In this document: one piece after another, positions 1-13,398 of the stretch | How the letters are laid out: each line of letters opens with the position of its first letter | Position numbering within the stretch: the stretch's first letter is position 1 | DNA from: Octopus sinensis | Taxonomy: Eukaryota | Length of the DNA: 64,000 bases | NCBI RefSeq assembly: GCF_006345805.1 | Contig: NC_043006.1 | Coordinates: forward strand, 41,044,001 to 41,108,000 | Direction: 5' to 3' | Translations under genes and position numbers: made by a program | Notes under the pieces: generated by a model | What the model was told of the DNA's origin: nothing | What the model saw: the letters and a program-made list of their open reading frames with translations, nothing else | Databases searched by the model: none

Positions 1-640
1 CTAACGATTTTGCCAGCTCGCCGCCTTGCGTTCGTTTACCAGTTCAGATTGTCCATCTCGCCCAAAACAAAGAAAAACCGTGCAGCATGCTTCAAATTAG
101 TCACATGATTTACAACGTCATTTCTCTTTCGTAACAGTATGTACGTGTAATCAAAAGTTTGTATGCACTGATAAAAATATGATTTTATATTGATGGTGCA
201 GATGGAAAAAGAAAGCAAGGATTGTATTTTATAATAAATAAACTCAATAAACAATTTACAAAACGTTGATATCAATGTTATACTGTTCAATACTTATAGA
301 GGTTGCACTTTACTTCAATAGAAAATCAGAGAGGTCAGGCATGTTTTCGACCAAATTTTGCTGTTAGCTGAGATTATCTTCTGGGTCTAATCCTACAATA
401 TCTCTTTTAATTCTTTAATTAACAGAGAGTTATGATTTTCGTTTTCTTTTTCTGTGGGCTCAAGTGAATTCCTGACTTCAACGTATTGACTCTAATTCTG
501 TAGGTTCCTGATTCTGGTCATTTACCATTTAGAACAATGTTATTATCTGAAGTCATTCTTTCACGAATTTTGCATAACAATAAGTGTGTGCCATCTTGTA
601 AAATATAATGGAATTATACGTGGTTATATGAGCAGGCAAT

Positions 641-825
641 AAGGCAGCGAGTTGGCGGAATCATTAGCAGGAAGAGCAAAATGCTTAGCAGCCGCCGAAG
701 TCGACTTTGCCTTCCATCAACCTTTCAGAGTTGATAAAATAAGTATCAGTTGCGTACTGGGTCGATCTAATCGACTGGTCTCTCCCACAAAATTTCAGGC
801 ATTGAATCTATAGTAGAAAGGATTA
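641..825 (+). mobile_element. SINE family B (tRNA-like head aggcggcgagctggcag...), decayed copy with 'gtagaaaggatt' tail
   Basis: Matches the recurrent consensus head...gtcgactttgcctttcatcctttcggggtcgat...agtaccagtt seen many times in the window. Confidence 0.8.
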
Positions 826-1477
826 TATGAGTTGGTACCTCTTCAGAATATCCCAAAAAGAATTTTCAAAGTTTATTGCTGTACCGTGATGTCATATCGC
901 ATCAATAAACAATTATTTATAATCATATTATAACTATATAAGATATTGATCCTGTAAACCAAAATCAAATACTATATTCTTATAACTTTTCTTAAGCTTA
1001 CAAGTGAATCGAACACTCATAAAAAGTTTTCAAAACCCATATTTATCCAATATAATCTAAAAATCAGCTCTCGCAGGAATTCATAATGGCTGAATTTTGC
1101 TGGACTCTTGCAAATGTATATTCGAATGGTTCTTTCCAAGGAGAATTAGATGCAAAGTGCATAATCGATATTTCGTCATTAAAATTATTTAACCAATACT
1201 TTTCAATTAATTTTTCATTATCTCTGCTAAATTTCAGACGATATTAATTTTGAAAGACTTACAACTAAACGGATGTTTTTCTGCAGTGTTTTATGTGAAT
1301 ATATACATGCACTCGTTGCTAATGTTTTTTTTTGGCACCGAGTTTACAATCCTGTAAATAATAATAACGGTATTTTTATATAAACTAAAAGCATATGGCG
1401 ATCACAATCCAATGACTAAGGAAAATAGTCAAATATAGGGGCATATAAGCCCTCGGCAGAAAAAAAAAGAAGGCTTT

Positions 1478-1549
1478 CATATCCGCGTGGGAGTCGAACC
1501 CACATCCATTTGTTAAAGCGACTAAGTGTACCATCGAATCAGCCACCCC
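1478..1549 (-). pseudogene. tRNA-like sequence (SINE head or tRNA pseudogene)
   Basis: Minus strand has an A-box-like TGGCTGATTCGATGG and a B-box GGTTCGACTCC; no clean cloverleaf. Confidence 0.45.
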
Positions 1550-1642
1550 TACGTATATATATATATATATACCGGAGTAAACACATAAATGTGAAACAAG
1601 GTGGAAAAAAGAGTACTCAAATACCAGTGGTAGAGTAATATG

Positions 1643-1791
1643 CTTTATTTAAAGCAGCAGAAAATTCAACAAAACTGTTACTCTGAGTTTCCGTTGCCGT
1701 TCGTCGGACAGTTTCAAAAACTGTCCGACGAATGGCATCAGGAAACTCAGAGTAACAGGTTTTGTTGAATTTTCTGCTGCTTTAAATAAAG
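1643..1791. mobile_element. Fold-back PLE-type terminal fragment with a hammerhead-like motif on each strand
   Basis: ~70-bp inverted arms; each arm reads CTGT-CCGACGA...GAAACTCAGAGTA-ACAG; flanked by (TA)n. Confidence 0.7.
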
Positions 1792-1990
1792 TATATATAT
1801 ATATATGTGTATATGTATATGCATATGCATATATATATAATATATATATATTTAAATATATACATGTATATATATATATATATGCATAGGTAGATATATA
1901 TATTTATACATATGTGTATATATGTATACATTTGAATATAGATACATATGTATAGATATACATAGATAGGCACACTCATACAGAAAGGCA

Positions 1991-2100
1991 TACGCGCGCG
2001 GACTCGCACACGCGCAGACTTACACACGCGCGGACTTACACACACGCGGACTTACACACGCGTGGATTCATACACGCGCGGACTCACACACGCATGCGCG
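1991..2100. repeat. CpG-rich ~16-bp minisatellite (acacgcgcggacttac)n
   Basis: About six degenerate tandem units read directly. Confidence 0.8.
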
Positions 2101-2271
2101 GGGTTGAATTTTTATTTGAAGTACTTTGCTGAAACCAATATTGTAATATTTTGAAAATTTGTCAAAACAATCAGCAGTTCTTTCTTTTTATAATTTTATA
2201 CTTTTTCAGAAACTTTCGTCAAACGATTCCCAACCGTTGTTTTTCTGTATTATGCTGCTATGTTGTTCTGT

Positions 2272-2367
<96 letters not shown>

Positions 2368-2393
2368 TATGTATATCTATATATGTATATGTA

Positions 2394-2437
<44 letters not shown>

Positions 2438-2499
2438 ATCTATCTATCTATCTATCTATCATCTATCCATCTATATATCTATCTATCTATCTATCTATT

Positions 2500-2542
<43 letters not shown>

Positions 2543-2875
2543 CCCACTAACATATACACATACAAACGCAAGCTGCGTGTATATATTTATTTCCCTCTTT
2601 TTCTGTGTGTGTATGTGGGGTGGGGGGGCAGTATGTGTATGCATGCATAATTGTAGTATATGGAAAGTTCAAAGTTTCTAATCGAACTCACCGTATTCAC
2701 TGAGCCTGAAAGATTACTTGGAGACACAAAGTATGTTCTATAAATCTACCAAATTATTGTGTTTCCATGGCATGAAACTACTTGTAGCCTTTATTGAAAT
2801 ACTATATATATTAAATTGCACACACACACACACATATATATGTATATATATATAATGCATATACATACATACATA

Positions 2876-2914
<39 letters not shown>

Positions 2915-3831
2915 TGCATCAGGCAACCGAGAACAAAACATGAAGATAGACATCAGACAGGAGAAAAGCAAAAACACAAAACAAGAATACTCCCAGAAAA
3001 ATAACGAGTGGGTACCTGAACAAACATGGCGCACAACCAAACTGACGTTGCCTCAAAAGATGATGAGTCCACAAAAGGGACTGGATTACAAGTTCAGTTT
3101 TGACCCCTATCCATGCCGCTCATTACATCAAACCATAACGATCCCTTTGTACAGAGAGACTGCCAACGCGTCCGACGACGCTTCAGCTGAAGCATCCCAG
3201 TGGGTTGAAATCAAGGGATCTGTGAGGTCACATGATGTTTCGTGTCATATGATGACAGGGTTCTTCCGGTCGTTGCTGGACATCGTCTTCCGTATTTTTA
3301 TTACTACACAAGACTTGTATCTGGTGTCCTCATGCAACACATGTTGCATGGAGTCTGTTGTGCCGGACTGCTTAATGATGGTCATCTCGGGCTCATAAAG
3401 ATTGTCATTGACCATATTCTAGACCAGTTAGATGAGTTTTGCCGTCCTGACCACATCTAATTTTTGAAAATATTTTTCTATCATGGTTGCCGATGATACG
3501 TCCTCGCCATTATTATCGACCCTAAACATAGGGATCCAGCTATATTTAAGTAGTTGTCGATATCCGAATCATTGTGGTTGGCGGCTGATGCCACGAACAC
3601 AGAACGTCTTGAGTTTCCGTGTCATAAGGGAATCTGACACGTCGATGCTGTTGATACTTCTGTCGAAGAAATGAAGCGGTTAAAAATTGGCGCATCGCAT
3701 GCTGCGTAACCTAAAGCTAACTCACCTTCCGCTGATTGCTTACTGAAATATGTTTACAAATATCCGCCACTGTATATTTGTAACAAGGAATGTAAAATAG
3801 CGACGACAACAAGCTCTCCGAATGGAAACGA

Positions 3832-3869
<38 letters not shown>

Positions 3870-4011
3870 ACAAACGGATAACTGCTTACATTTTATAGAG
3901 GTACAGAGACGCTTTGTTTAACCATACTGTTACTATATCATATAATAACATATCTTACTACTTAAGATGAATGCGCTAAAAACAATTAGTATTACAAATG
4001 TTTAATATTTT

Positions 4012-4180
4012 GATTTTCAAATTATCAAATCGTAATTAATGAAACTATCTCCGAAAAGATTGTTCCTATATGGCGAAATGAAAGAGCGAGAAAAGGAACA
4101 GATTTTCAAATTGTAATAAATGAAACTATCTCCGAAAAAATTGTTCCTATATGGCGAAATAAAGGAGCGAGAGAAGGAAA
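4012..4180 (+). repeat. ~80-bp tandem duplication
   Basis: aatgaaactatctccgaaaa.attgttcctatatggcgaaat...gagcgaga.aaggaa occurs twice in succession. Confidence 0.85.
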
Positions 4181-4888
4181 GAAATGGTTAAGCTGACTGG
4201 GGAAAAATTTGTAGGTATATGGATGAAATATTTATATGATGGCAAGCAGAACAAATTTTAAAGAAGACGAGAGTAACGTCTTTGATTAATATGTAGAAAG
4301 TAGGAAATACTTCGCGTCGGTTTATACAGAAAACAAAAAGAGATATAAATGAAAATTGGTTGTCGATAAAATATGGATGAAAAACATCGTGAAATGGAAT
4401 ATAATAAATAAAGAAGGTGAAAGACGTACAATTTCCAGTGAAGAGTTGTGATCTCTGGAAAAAAACTGTAAAGAGCGTTGAAAGGGGACGTTACTCTCAG
4501 AGGTTATTACTAATTAAAAAATGGGCGTTCAAAATGTTTTAGTGTCATAGGATGAGTATATACACCGATGAAGACCCAATTCGGAATTATGGTTCAGCAA
4601 AGATTAGAAAAAATTAATATTTTAAACTTTTTGATTATAGATATGTGACAAGGGTCATTATAATAGTAACAAGGAGCGGAGTAACCAAATAATTTTACAG
4701 TTGTATCAGTAATTGTTTTTAGAATTACATTAACGGTCAAGTTCGCATCTTAGTGTCTGAATGCAAGGAAGCTAGGTGAAGCAGAAGAAGGTAAAGTTCT
4801 CTAGACCAGTAGAGTAATTCCTGTGCTCAGTAATTTGAATTTTTAAAAAATTCCTTCCTGTTTGTATGCGTTTACAAAAAAGCGTTCA

Positions 4889-4988
4889 NNNNNNNNNNNN
4901 NNNNNNNNNNNNNNNNNNNNNNNNNNNNNNNNNNNNNNNNNNNNNNNNNNNNNNNNNNNNNNNNNNNNNNNNNNNNNNNNNNNNNNNN
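4889..4988. other. Assembly gap (100 N)
   Basis: Run of N. Confidence 1.
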
Positions 4989-5589
4989 TTCTACGATAGC
5001 TGACGTCATAGATGAAGAAATAAAAATAAATCTAAAAATAAATAAATAATAGAAATTCGCCACACGGCGATCGCACAGCAGGAGAGACCTTCAAAGGAAT
5101 AACCCCTAACGACATGACTTTTCGGCCCGTATACCTGACACTCTACGGGAGCCGGGCGCATGTAGGTTCATGACTCCTAAGTATCCTCCTGCTGCTTTCC
5201 AAAATCCTGTTTCCAGCAGGATTTGAACTTGGATCGTTCTTTTGTTCCCAAGTCTGTGCTTTAGCCTACCAGTTCACTCTGACTGACGAAGTAACCAGTT
5301 GTCTTCTCCATTCTATTCTTGTGAATAACCAATGGAATCCGTAACAAGATCCATTGGTCATTCCTTTTCGTCCATATCCACATTGAGCTCTTTTCAGCAA
5401 CATCCAACAAGCGTTCAATAAAATAAATAATAAACATAAGAATTCTACATTAGGATAATTAGAAATCTATATAGAAAAATAACCTACAACTGGATATTTC
5501 TGTGTACAATTATTGGGGATGGCAACTGGATAACTAAAGAATAGAATGTAAAGATAAGAATTCTATGTCATAATTAATAAACGTAAAAC

Positions 5590-5872
5590 GTCGCCCTTTT
5601 CAAGCCTACCCAGGCTCATGGGACTGGTTTCCCGGTTTCTGTGGTGTATGTGTTCCCCCCAGCTGGACGGGACGCAATTCCATCGCAGTGTTACTCAAGA
5701 AACAGGAAGAGAGAGTGAGAGAAAATTGTGGCGAAAGAGTACAACAGGGGTCGCCACCATCCCCTGCCGAAGTCTCGTGGAGCTTTTAGGTGGATTTGCT
5801 CAATAAACACATACAACCGGATCCTCCGACCGCGAGTCCACTGTCCTAACCACTAGGTCATTGCGCTTCCAC
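5590..5872 (-). mobile_element. SINE family C (tRNA-derived head gtggaggcgcaatggcccagtggttaggg...)
   Basis: Pol III A-box-like head on the minus strand; body shared with 33788-34120 and 60275-60660. Confidence 0.75.
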
Positions 5873-5914
5873 GTCATGATTAATAAGCACATATAATGTA
5901 TGCATACATATAAT

Positions 5915-6677
5915 ATTCTTTTCTACTCTAGGCACAAGGCCCGCAAATTTTGGGAGGAGGGGGCAGTCGATTAGATCGACCTCAGTACGCAACTGATGCT
6001 TAATTTAACGACCTCTGGAAGGATAAAAGGTAAAGTCGACCTCGGCGAAATTTGAACTCAGAATGTAAAGACAGACGAAATACTGCTAAGCATTTCTGCC
6101 AGCTCGCCGTCTTACGTGTACATGTAATAGTTTCAAATTTTTCCACAAGGGCAGAAATTTGGTGGGAAGGATGAGTCGATTACATCGACCCCTGTGTTCA
6201 ACTGGTACTTAATTTATCGACCCCGAAATGATGAAAAGCAAAGTCGACCGCGGCGAAATTTGAACTCAGAACGTAAAGACAGACGAAATACTGCTAAGCA
6301 TTTCTTATTTCTTTATTGCCCACAAGGGACTAAACATAGAGGGTACAAACAAGGACAGACAAACGGACTAAGTCGATTACATCGACCCAAGTGCGTAACC
6401 TCGGCGGAATTTGAACTCAGAACGTAGCGGCAGACGAAATACCTATTTCTTTACTACCCAGAAGGGGTTAAACGCAGAAGGGACAAACAAGGACAGACAA
6501 ACGGATTAAGTCGATTACATCGACCCCAGTGCGTAACTGGTACTTAATTTATCGACCTCGAAAGGATGAAAGGCAAAGTCGACCTCGGCGGAATTTGAAC
6601 TCAGAACGTAGCGGCAGACGAAATACGGCGACGCATTTCGCCCAGCGTGCTAACGTTTCTGCCATCTCGCTGCCTTA
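5915..6677 (-). mobile_element. Cluster of SINE family B copies including a head-to-tail multimer
   Basis: Repeated gtcgacctcggcggaatttgaactcagaacgtagcggcagacgaaatac units; junction gacgaaatac|ctatttc at ~6442. Confidence 0.9.
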
Positions 6678-6900
6678 CGTGTACATGTAATATTAAATTA
6701 CCTATAAATTTTGGTATTAAGACACAATATCATTACAATGCATATGTGCATATATGTGCTTATGTAGAGAGCAACAATTAAGTTATCCTTCTGTATGCAG
6801 GTATGTATATCTGCATGTATGAATACGTGTATGTATGTACTTTTAGTGGCCTATATATCTATGCAGTTATATATACATACACATATATATATATATATAT

Positions 6901-7305
6901 AGGCACAGGAGTGGCTGTGTGGTAAGTAGCTTGTTTACCAACCACATGGTTCCGGGTTCAGTCCCACTGCGTGGCACCTTGGGCAAGTGTTTTCTACTAT
7001 AGCCCCGGGCCGACCAAAGCCTTGTGAGTGGATTCGGTAGACGGAAACTGAAAGAAGCCCGTCGTATATATGTATATATATATATATGCGTGAGTGTGTT
7101 TGTCCCCCTAGCATTGCTTGACAGCCGATGCTGGTGAGTTTATGTCCCCGTTACTTAGCGGTTCGGCAAAAGAGACCGATAGAATAAGTACTGGGCTTAC
7201 AAAAAGAATAAGTCCCGGGGTCGAGTTGCTCGATTAAAGGCGGTGCTCCAGCATGGCCGCAGTCAAATGACTGAAACAAGAAAAAGAGTAAAAGAGTAAA
7301 AGAGT
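6901..7305 (+). mobile_element. SINE family A (tRNA head, CORE-like ccttgggcaagt segment, internal microsatellite, LINE-like tail), full length
   Basis: A box tggctgtgtggt, B-box-like ggttcagtccc, tail ggcggtgctccagcatggccgcagtcaaatgactgaaac plus (aaagagt)n. Confidence 0.9.
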
Positions 7306-7450
7306 ATATGCATGCACAAATTTATGCATATATGCTTACAAGCAGATTTAGATACTTCTCGTTAAAGATCTTTCGTGTAACGTCGCTTTTTTATAACGTC
7401 ACCTAAAATAGTAGGAAAATAAAACTCCCCAATATATTATATACGCACTT

Positions 7451-7630
7451 AAAGGCGGCGAGCTGGCAGAAACGTTAGCGCGCTGGGCGAAATGCTCAGC
7501 GGTATTTCGTCTGCCGTTACGTTCTGAGTTCAAATTTCGCTGAGGTCGACTTTACCTTTCATCCTTTCGGGGTCGATGTAATCGACTAGTAGCCACCCCC
7601 GCAAAGCTTGTGCCTTTACTAGAAAGAATT
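7451..7630 (+). mobile_element. SINE family B copy
   Basis: Near-consensus head and central domain. Confidence 0.85.
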
Positions 7631-7874
7631 ATGTACTCAATTAGACTGGATTTTACTTTAATTTTTCCTTTCTTTTGTAATTTGATGTATTTTCAGATCA
7701 GTGAAATATGAATAAATAATGATGTGTGGTTAAGAATCTCGCTTTGTTACTAAGTGGTGTCGGGTTCAGTCTCATTCTGCGGCACTTAGGCTAAGAGTCT
7801 TCTACTACAGCTTGTGAGTGAATTTGGTCGATGGAGTATCTGAGGAAGTGCCTAGTTTCTATCTATCTATCTAC

Positions 7875-7972
<98 letters not shown>

Positions 7973-8164
7973 TTCTATCTATCCTTCTGTCTGTCTATTG
8001 GTCTGTGGTTGTCACTATCTCACCATCACCAGACAACCGGTGTTCGTTTATCTAATTCATCGTAAATTAGCGGATCGGCAAAATAGGCCGATGGAATAAG
8101 TAAATGACAAAAAGATGTTTCGCTTTACGTTGTTTCATCCAAAGCTAGATTTCTTAAGTATCTA

Positions 8165-8785
8165 GGTGAAGAAATGAAAGAGGTGAGCAGCTATGTGCAT
8201 CTCGATCAAGAAGTGACTATGAGGCGAGAGATGGAGCATGAGATATTGTGAAGGGTAAGAGCAGGATGGAGAGTGTTCAACTCGATGAAGAATGTGCTGA
8301 ATGCGAGCCTATACAAGGTAAGTCGTGCCAATATCTTCAGTAGCACAGTCTTGCCTGCAAGGCTATACGCAAGTGAGACTTGGGCCTTGGTGAAGAGAGA
8401 AGAACAACATCTTCTTACGGCGCAGAGAGCCATGGAAAGGTCGATGATGGGAATCTCAGAGATCACATCCGGAACGAAGGGATCAGGAATAGAAATGGAG
8501 TGAAGGACCCCGCCGTAAAATACCACTACGCAAAGCTACGCTGGGCCGGTCATGTCGAAAGGTTCATGGACAATCGGTGGGCCTGTGCAGTTATTGAGTG
8601 GTACCCATGCAAGTGGAAGAGACCACTCGGAAGACCCCCAATCAGGTGAGAAGATGATTTAAGAAAAATGTTTGGAACAACGTGGAAGAGAATGGCGGGG
8701 GCATGAGGGAATGAACCGAATACTGAGGCCAGCAGAGCCGACTCGGCACCAGACAGCCAGGCCGATCCAAGTGATCCAGGTGATT
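8165..8785 (+). mobile_element. RTE-clade LINE, 5'-truncated 3' end (RT C-terminal region), with stops and frameshifts
   Basis: Translation VLPARLYASETWAL...QRAMERSMMGIS / DHIRNEGIR...KLRWAGHVER...KRPLGRPP is typical of RTE; short tandem tail gatccaagtgatccaggtgat. Confidence 0.9.
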
Positions 8786-9321
8786 ACTATGCCTGCATTC
8801 GACTAAAAATGATTGATTCTCCAAGGGTTGGGATTCGATCTCACAACAGAGTATCATGGGCTGGTACGATTTACACACACACACACACACACAAAGAGGA
8901 CGTGACGTGTTCTTGTCTGTCTCCTGTCCATGCGTGATTTACGCGTTCGCCACCACAACCTTCCTGTTTGTTTTCATTGTCTTGTTTGTGTTACCAATTT
9001 TGACTATCCGCAAAATCCCAAATTTTATTTAATTTGCTTTGCGGGAGCAACTGTTTTATCGAAAGCGTATGTTGTTGTTAAATGCTCGAAATACGAGAGT
9101 AGAAAAACAGCCAACAACTGATGAAGGGTCGTTCTTTATGTTGTTTGTCTTGTTTTCCATTTGCGTCTTTCGTAGTTCGAAAAAATAGCTCATATTCCAT
9201 GTATCCGTACTTCATATTTTTTGTTGTACATGTTTCATGACGTCCTGTGCCCACATATGGATATATATATATATACATATATATATATATGTTTGTATAT
9301 AAATATAGGATATATATATAT

Positions 9322-9388
<67 letters not shown>

Positions 9389-9466
9389 ACGTTTAGATGT
9401 ATGTATGTACATATACATATGTATATATTCATATATATATTATTTATATTATATTTATATATTATA

Positions 9467-10490
9467 AGTCCAACAACTGTTTCGGGGGATCGGCGATCAA
9501 AAATAGTGTTGGTTGACGTAGTTCATCACAATATGCAGCCGTATGGATACAATTAACATGGGATAAGACGAGCCTCCGTCATCAGAATAGAGAAGATCTT
9601 ACATTTTCAGATATTAAAGCAGAAAAGTTCAGAGATGGAAATCCATCTTTGTTCTGGGCTAATTCGTATGGAGGAAGTTATTTTTAGTAATGATGTTGAC
9701 TATTATCGGTATAGTTTCGGGTTTAAACTTCTTATAAATTATTCTTCTTTCGTCTTTATAAAAGAGGAATATTTAAAATTTTCCATTTGCATAAATGTCT
9801 TGATGTTTACTTAATGAAACGTTTCTAAAAGAAGAATATTTAACTTGCTGTTTATACACGTTCACAAGACCGGTTAGTTTTATTCCTGTTTTCTCAAAGT
9901 AATTTTCGTGGCATTGAGGTCACGTGACGTAGCAGATGAGATTTTTGTTTGTTTTGCAATTCATGTTTGCATTTACTTTCACTTCTTTCCCATTCTTGAA
10001 TCTTTTGGTTGTTCGTTATACATATAATTCACATGTTTCATAAGGAGAGTCTTCACAGTTTGTTACCTCCATTATTTCTTTATCTGATGTGAATCTCGCC
10101 TTGAGATTTGGAGGTTACCTTCGGTTCTTGATGATTTGTAACATTACTTACTTTTCAGAGATTCGATGATTGATGTAGAATTGAGAAGTATCATTTGGTT
10201 GAATGCAGAATGCTGTTCCTAGGATTATGGGTAACTACAAATGGAATATTTATATTTGTATTTTCGCTTTCATCCTCAGGAAGAAATCGGGATTTCTTTT
10301 GCTTTGGTTATGGCATAATTTATTAGATACTTGGAGTATTCCTGTTTTTGAAGGAACGTTTTTAGTTCTACCTGTCGTTTCTGCCATTCATTTGCGTTTC
10401 TATCTTCTGCACATATACCTCTTGCCATATTGAATATGTTCGCTTTTGTTTGAAAGGGTGGCAAGACCTAAAATATAAATATCGATGTGT
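9467..10490 (-). mobile_element. Penelope-like element remnant (RT thumb plus GIY-YIG region) with a 3' hammerhead-like motif
   Basis: PFQTKANIFNMARGIC...ELKTFLQKQEYSKYLI resembles the PLE RT C-terminus; Cys-rich linker CKTKNLI...PQCHENY; CTGATGA...CGAAACAGTTGTT at the 3' end. Confidence 0.75.
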
Positions 10491-10619
10491 GTCTGTGTCC
10501 TGGAGTAGAGATCGGTTCTAACAGTTTCATTTTATTTAATTATTAATTTTCTTTGATTTGCACAAATGGAAAATTAAAGATACATCCCTTAAAATATTCT
10601 ATGTTGTGAACATCTAAAC

Positions 10620-10765
10620 ATCTGTGCAAATGGAAAATTTAAAATATTCCCCTTATACAAAATAAAAGATATAAACATCAACTATGACAGGTAAAAGAAT
10701 AATAATTTAAAGTCTACACCTGAAATAGCCAGCAAAAATGCTAAATATAACTTCCTCTATAGCAT
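10620..10765 (+). mobile_element. Inverted, diverged copy of the PLE 3' region (inverted pseudo-LTR-like)
   Basis: tgcaaatggaaaatttaaaatattcc...ataacttcctc resembles the reverse complement of ~9670-9791. Confidence 0.55.
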
Positions 10766-11037
10766 TAGCACTAAACACGTGTGCTTGAAATGATGAGCAA
10801 CGAAAGCGCTCACACATAAAATACGCAGTATTTAAAAGCTTATTCCCCAAAAGTTGGCGACTTTCCGTTCTTATAATTTATTTTTGCAAATTGCTAATAA
10901 CGTTAAAAAAACATACTTTAAATACTGTAGCTCTCTCAAGTGATTTTTACAAAAGCTTTTAAATATACATTCATACATATATACGTACATGCACTTACAC
11001 ACACACACACACGCAGATAAAAACAATAAAATATGTA

Positions 11038-11101
<64 letters not shown>

Positions 11102-11151
11102 CATATATATTATATAATATAATAATCGCTGTAATATATATACTTCGATCA

Positions 11152-11189
<38 letters not shown>

Positions 11190-11284
11190 TATATATATAT
11201 GTGTGTGTGTATGTATGTATATATGTATGTATGTATGTATAATATATATTCGGTAAAAAAATGACAGTCTCAAAATATATATAC

Positions 11285-11433
11285 GATGTGGCTGTGTGGT
11301 AAGAAGCTTGCTTCCCAACCACATGGTTCCGGGTTCAGTACCACCGAGTTGCCCCATCGGCAAGTGCCTTCTACTATAGCCTCGGGCCGACCAAAGCATT
11401 GTGAGTTTGTCTGACGGAAACTGAAAGCCCGTC

Positions 11434-11435
<2 letters not shown>
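11285..11435 (+). mobile_element. SINE family A, 5' half
   Basis: Consensus head and CORE-like segment, ending in (TA)n. Confidence 0.85.
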
Positions 11436-11513
<78 letters not shown>

Positions 11514-11649
11514 ATATACTATGAGAGATAATGGTGTCAGTAAAAACCAAAAGGTTCAGGTATGATGAGTAAGTGCTATGGATAGGTTTGCGAATAAGGA
11601 GTCCAACGTAGGTCATATATCAGCGTGTGTATGTATAAAAAAATTTTTT

Positions 11650-13260
11650 TCAGAATGAGATAAAAAACCCAAGGCTGTGAACATTTTAGAAATTTATAAA
11701 TAGAAGGTTTTACAGCTGTTTCCAGGATATTTATTATATCCCTTCATCGGAGACGGTGTGAGAAAATGGTTAAGCAATAGTTAATTTTGATAAGATACGA
11801 AATAGAGAGTGAATCTACATTTAGACCTTCGTACCTTATTCTCTCAACCGTAACACAAACTCAGTAAGAAGCTCCAATAACTTGAGTAAGAAATTACATC
11901 ACCCAGAAACCATTATCAGGTCGATAGTTACAGGCATTTCCCGTACAATTTCCAGACATTCGGCTGATGAGAAAATATTTAGTCAGAATGCAACATACTA
12001 TAATTTGGCTTTAGCTAGCGCAGGTTATACAGCGAAAATTCAATATATATTCTTGTTGAGGATATTAAGATGACAGAGGACTAATAATGGCAAATATAGT
12101 AACAAGAGAAATAAAGATACTAAATTATACGGTAATGGATTCCATAGTTAGATGAAAATTATAAGTAATAGGATATGCAGTATAGTAAGGACACTAGGTA
12201 ATGATAAAGTCTAACTAGCGGAAAGAATAGTGTATGTAGTTGTGCAAAATCTAAGAACAAACCCAGGATTAATCAGAACATTCTAGTCACTGGGCCGCCT
12301 ACGGTTTCTTGTAGTCGTAGAAATAGAAATAATAAAAAGTTTTTGACTCAGAGGTTGGGTGTGCTTCTATTCGCAACCCTGTTAGTGACTTTATATAAAG
12401 CAATGGACGTAATAATATAAATTTAATCTCAATCCTAGAAAACAGAGAGCACATAAGAAATGGTTACCCAGTATAATGCTTCATTTGGGGCTCAGATAAC
12501 CACAAAGACATCAGGTAAATTTTCATGGCTATGGACAAACATTTCCCCTATCAAACGAATTAACCGACATACTGTTGAATTTGCATACGCTGTTACGTAT
12601 AACTTAGCTGAGATTGTAGCAGCGAATAATGTTAGAGAATTGAGATACTTTGAAGCAAAAGAATTAGACAGCCCATATTATAATAGTTATAAGAAACATT
12701 CTTGCATCAAATGTAATGAATCAGGGATATCTAGCTGAGTTAAGGAAAAAATGGCATGTCAAACGTATCCTGCTATGGTACGGGGAATGTTTTTAGCAAA
12801 ATATAGATAATAGGAGGAATATGAATCTCTCGAACGCTAATTCGAACTTAGCGGATTGTGTAATTTTAGAAACCGTTTAGACAGCCCACTGAATAACCAA
12901 TGTCTAAGAATACGTATAATTTATAAACGCTCGGTAAGGACATGAGAAAAATTTATTATTATATAGATACTTGCGCAACAAAATTTAAATCTATGATATA
13001 CAATCACAAGGCTTCATTTAAATACAGAAGGAAATAGAACTTCATGTAATTAAATAAGTTTATTTCGAGCCTGAAAGAGAATGATATTTGATACTATATT
13101 TAATGGTCTATAACAAGTAGTGCTCTACTGTATAATGGAGTGAGTGTTAAATATAATTTATGCCCCGAGGAGACGTTGAAGACTCTTAAATGCAACTTTA
13201 ATATTATAAATAAGTAGGCTGAATTATTGTTATGTTGTTTACGTTTATTTTAAAAAACTC
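11650..13260 (+). mobile_element. Penelope-like element remnant (RT thumb-linker-GIY-YIG) preceded by an inverted terminal segment with a hammerhead-like motif
   Basis: HHPETIIRSIV..ISRHSADEKIFSQNATYYNLALASAGY; YNASFGAQITTK..INRHTVEFAYA; CNFRNRLDSPLNNQCL; HKASFKY; minus-strand motif at 11707-11754. Confidence 0.85.
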
Positions 13261-13359
13261 TGCATTCCCCAAATATGCTATTGGCTAATGTATCATAATA
13301 ATATATACATATATTTTTCTTAGTTGACCTTCTTTAGGGTATACCTTCATAGGGATTAC

Positions 13360-13398
<39 letters not shown>

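Noticed and set aside
4562-4610. CCGATGAAG hammerhead-like core
   Set aside because: No downstream GAAA, helix III or helix I complement
9115-9190. CTGATGAAGGG core-like sequence
   Set aside because: Could not close helix II or helix I
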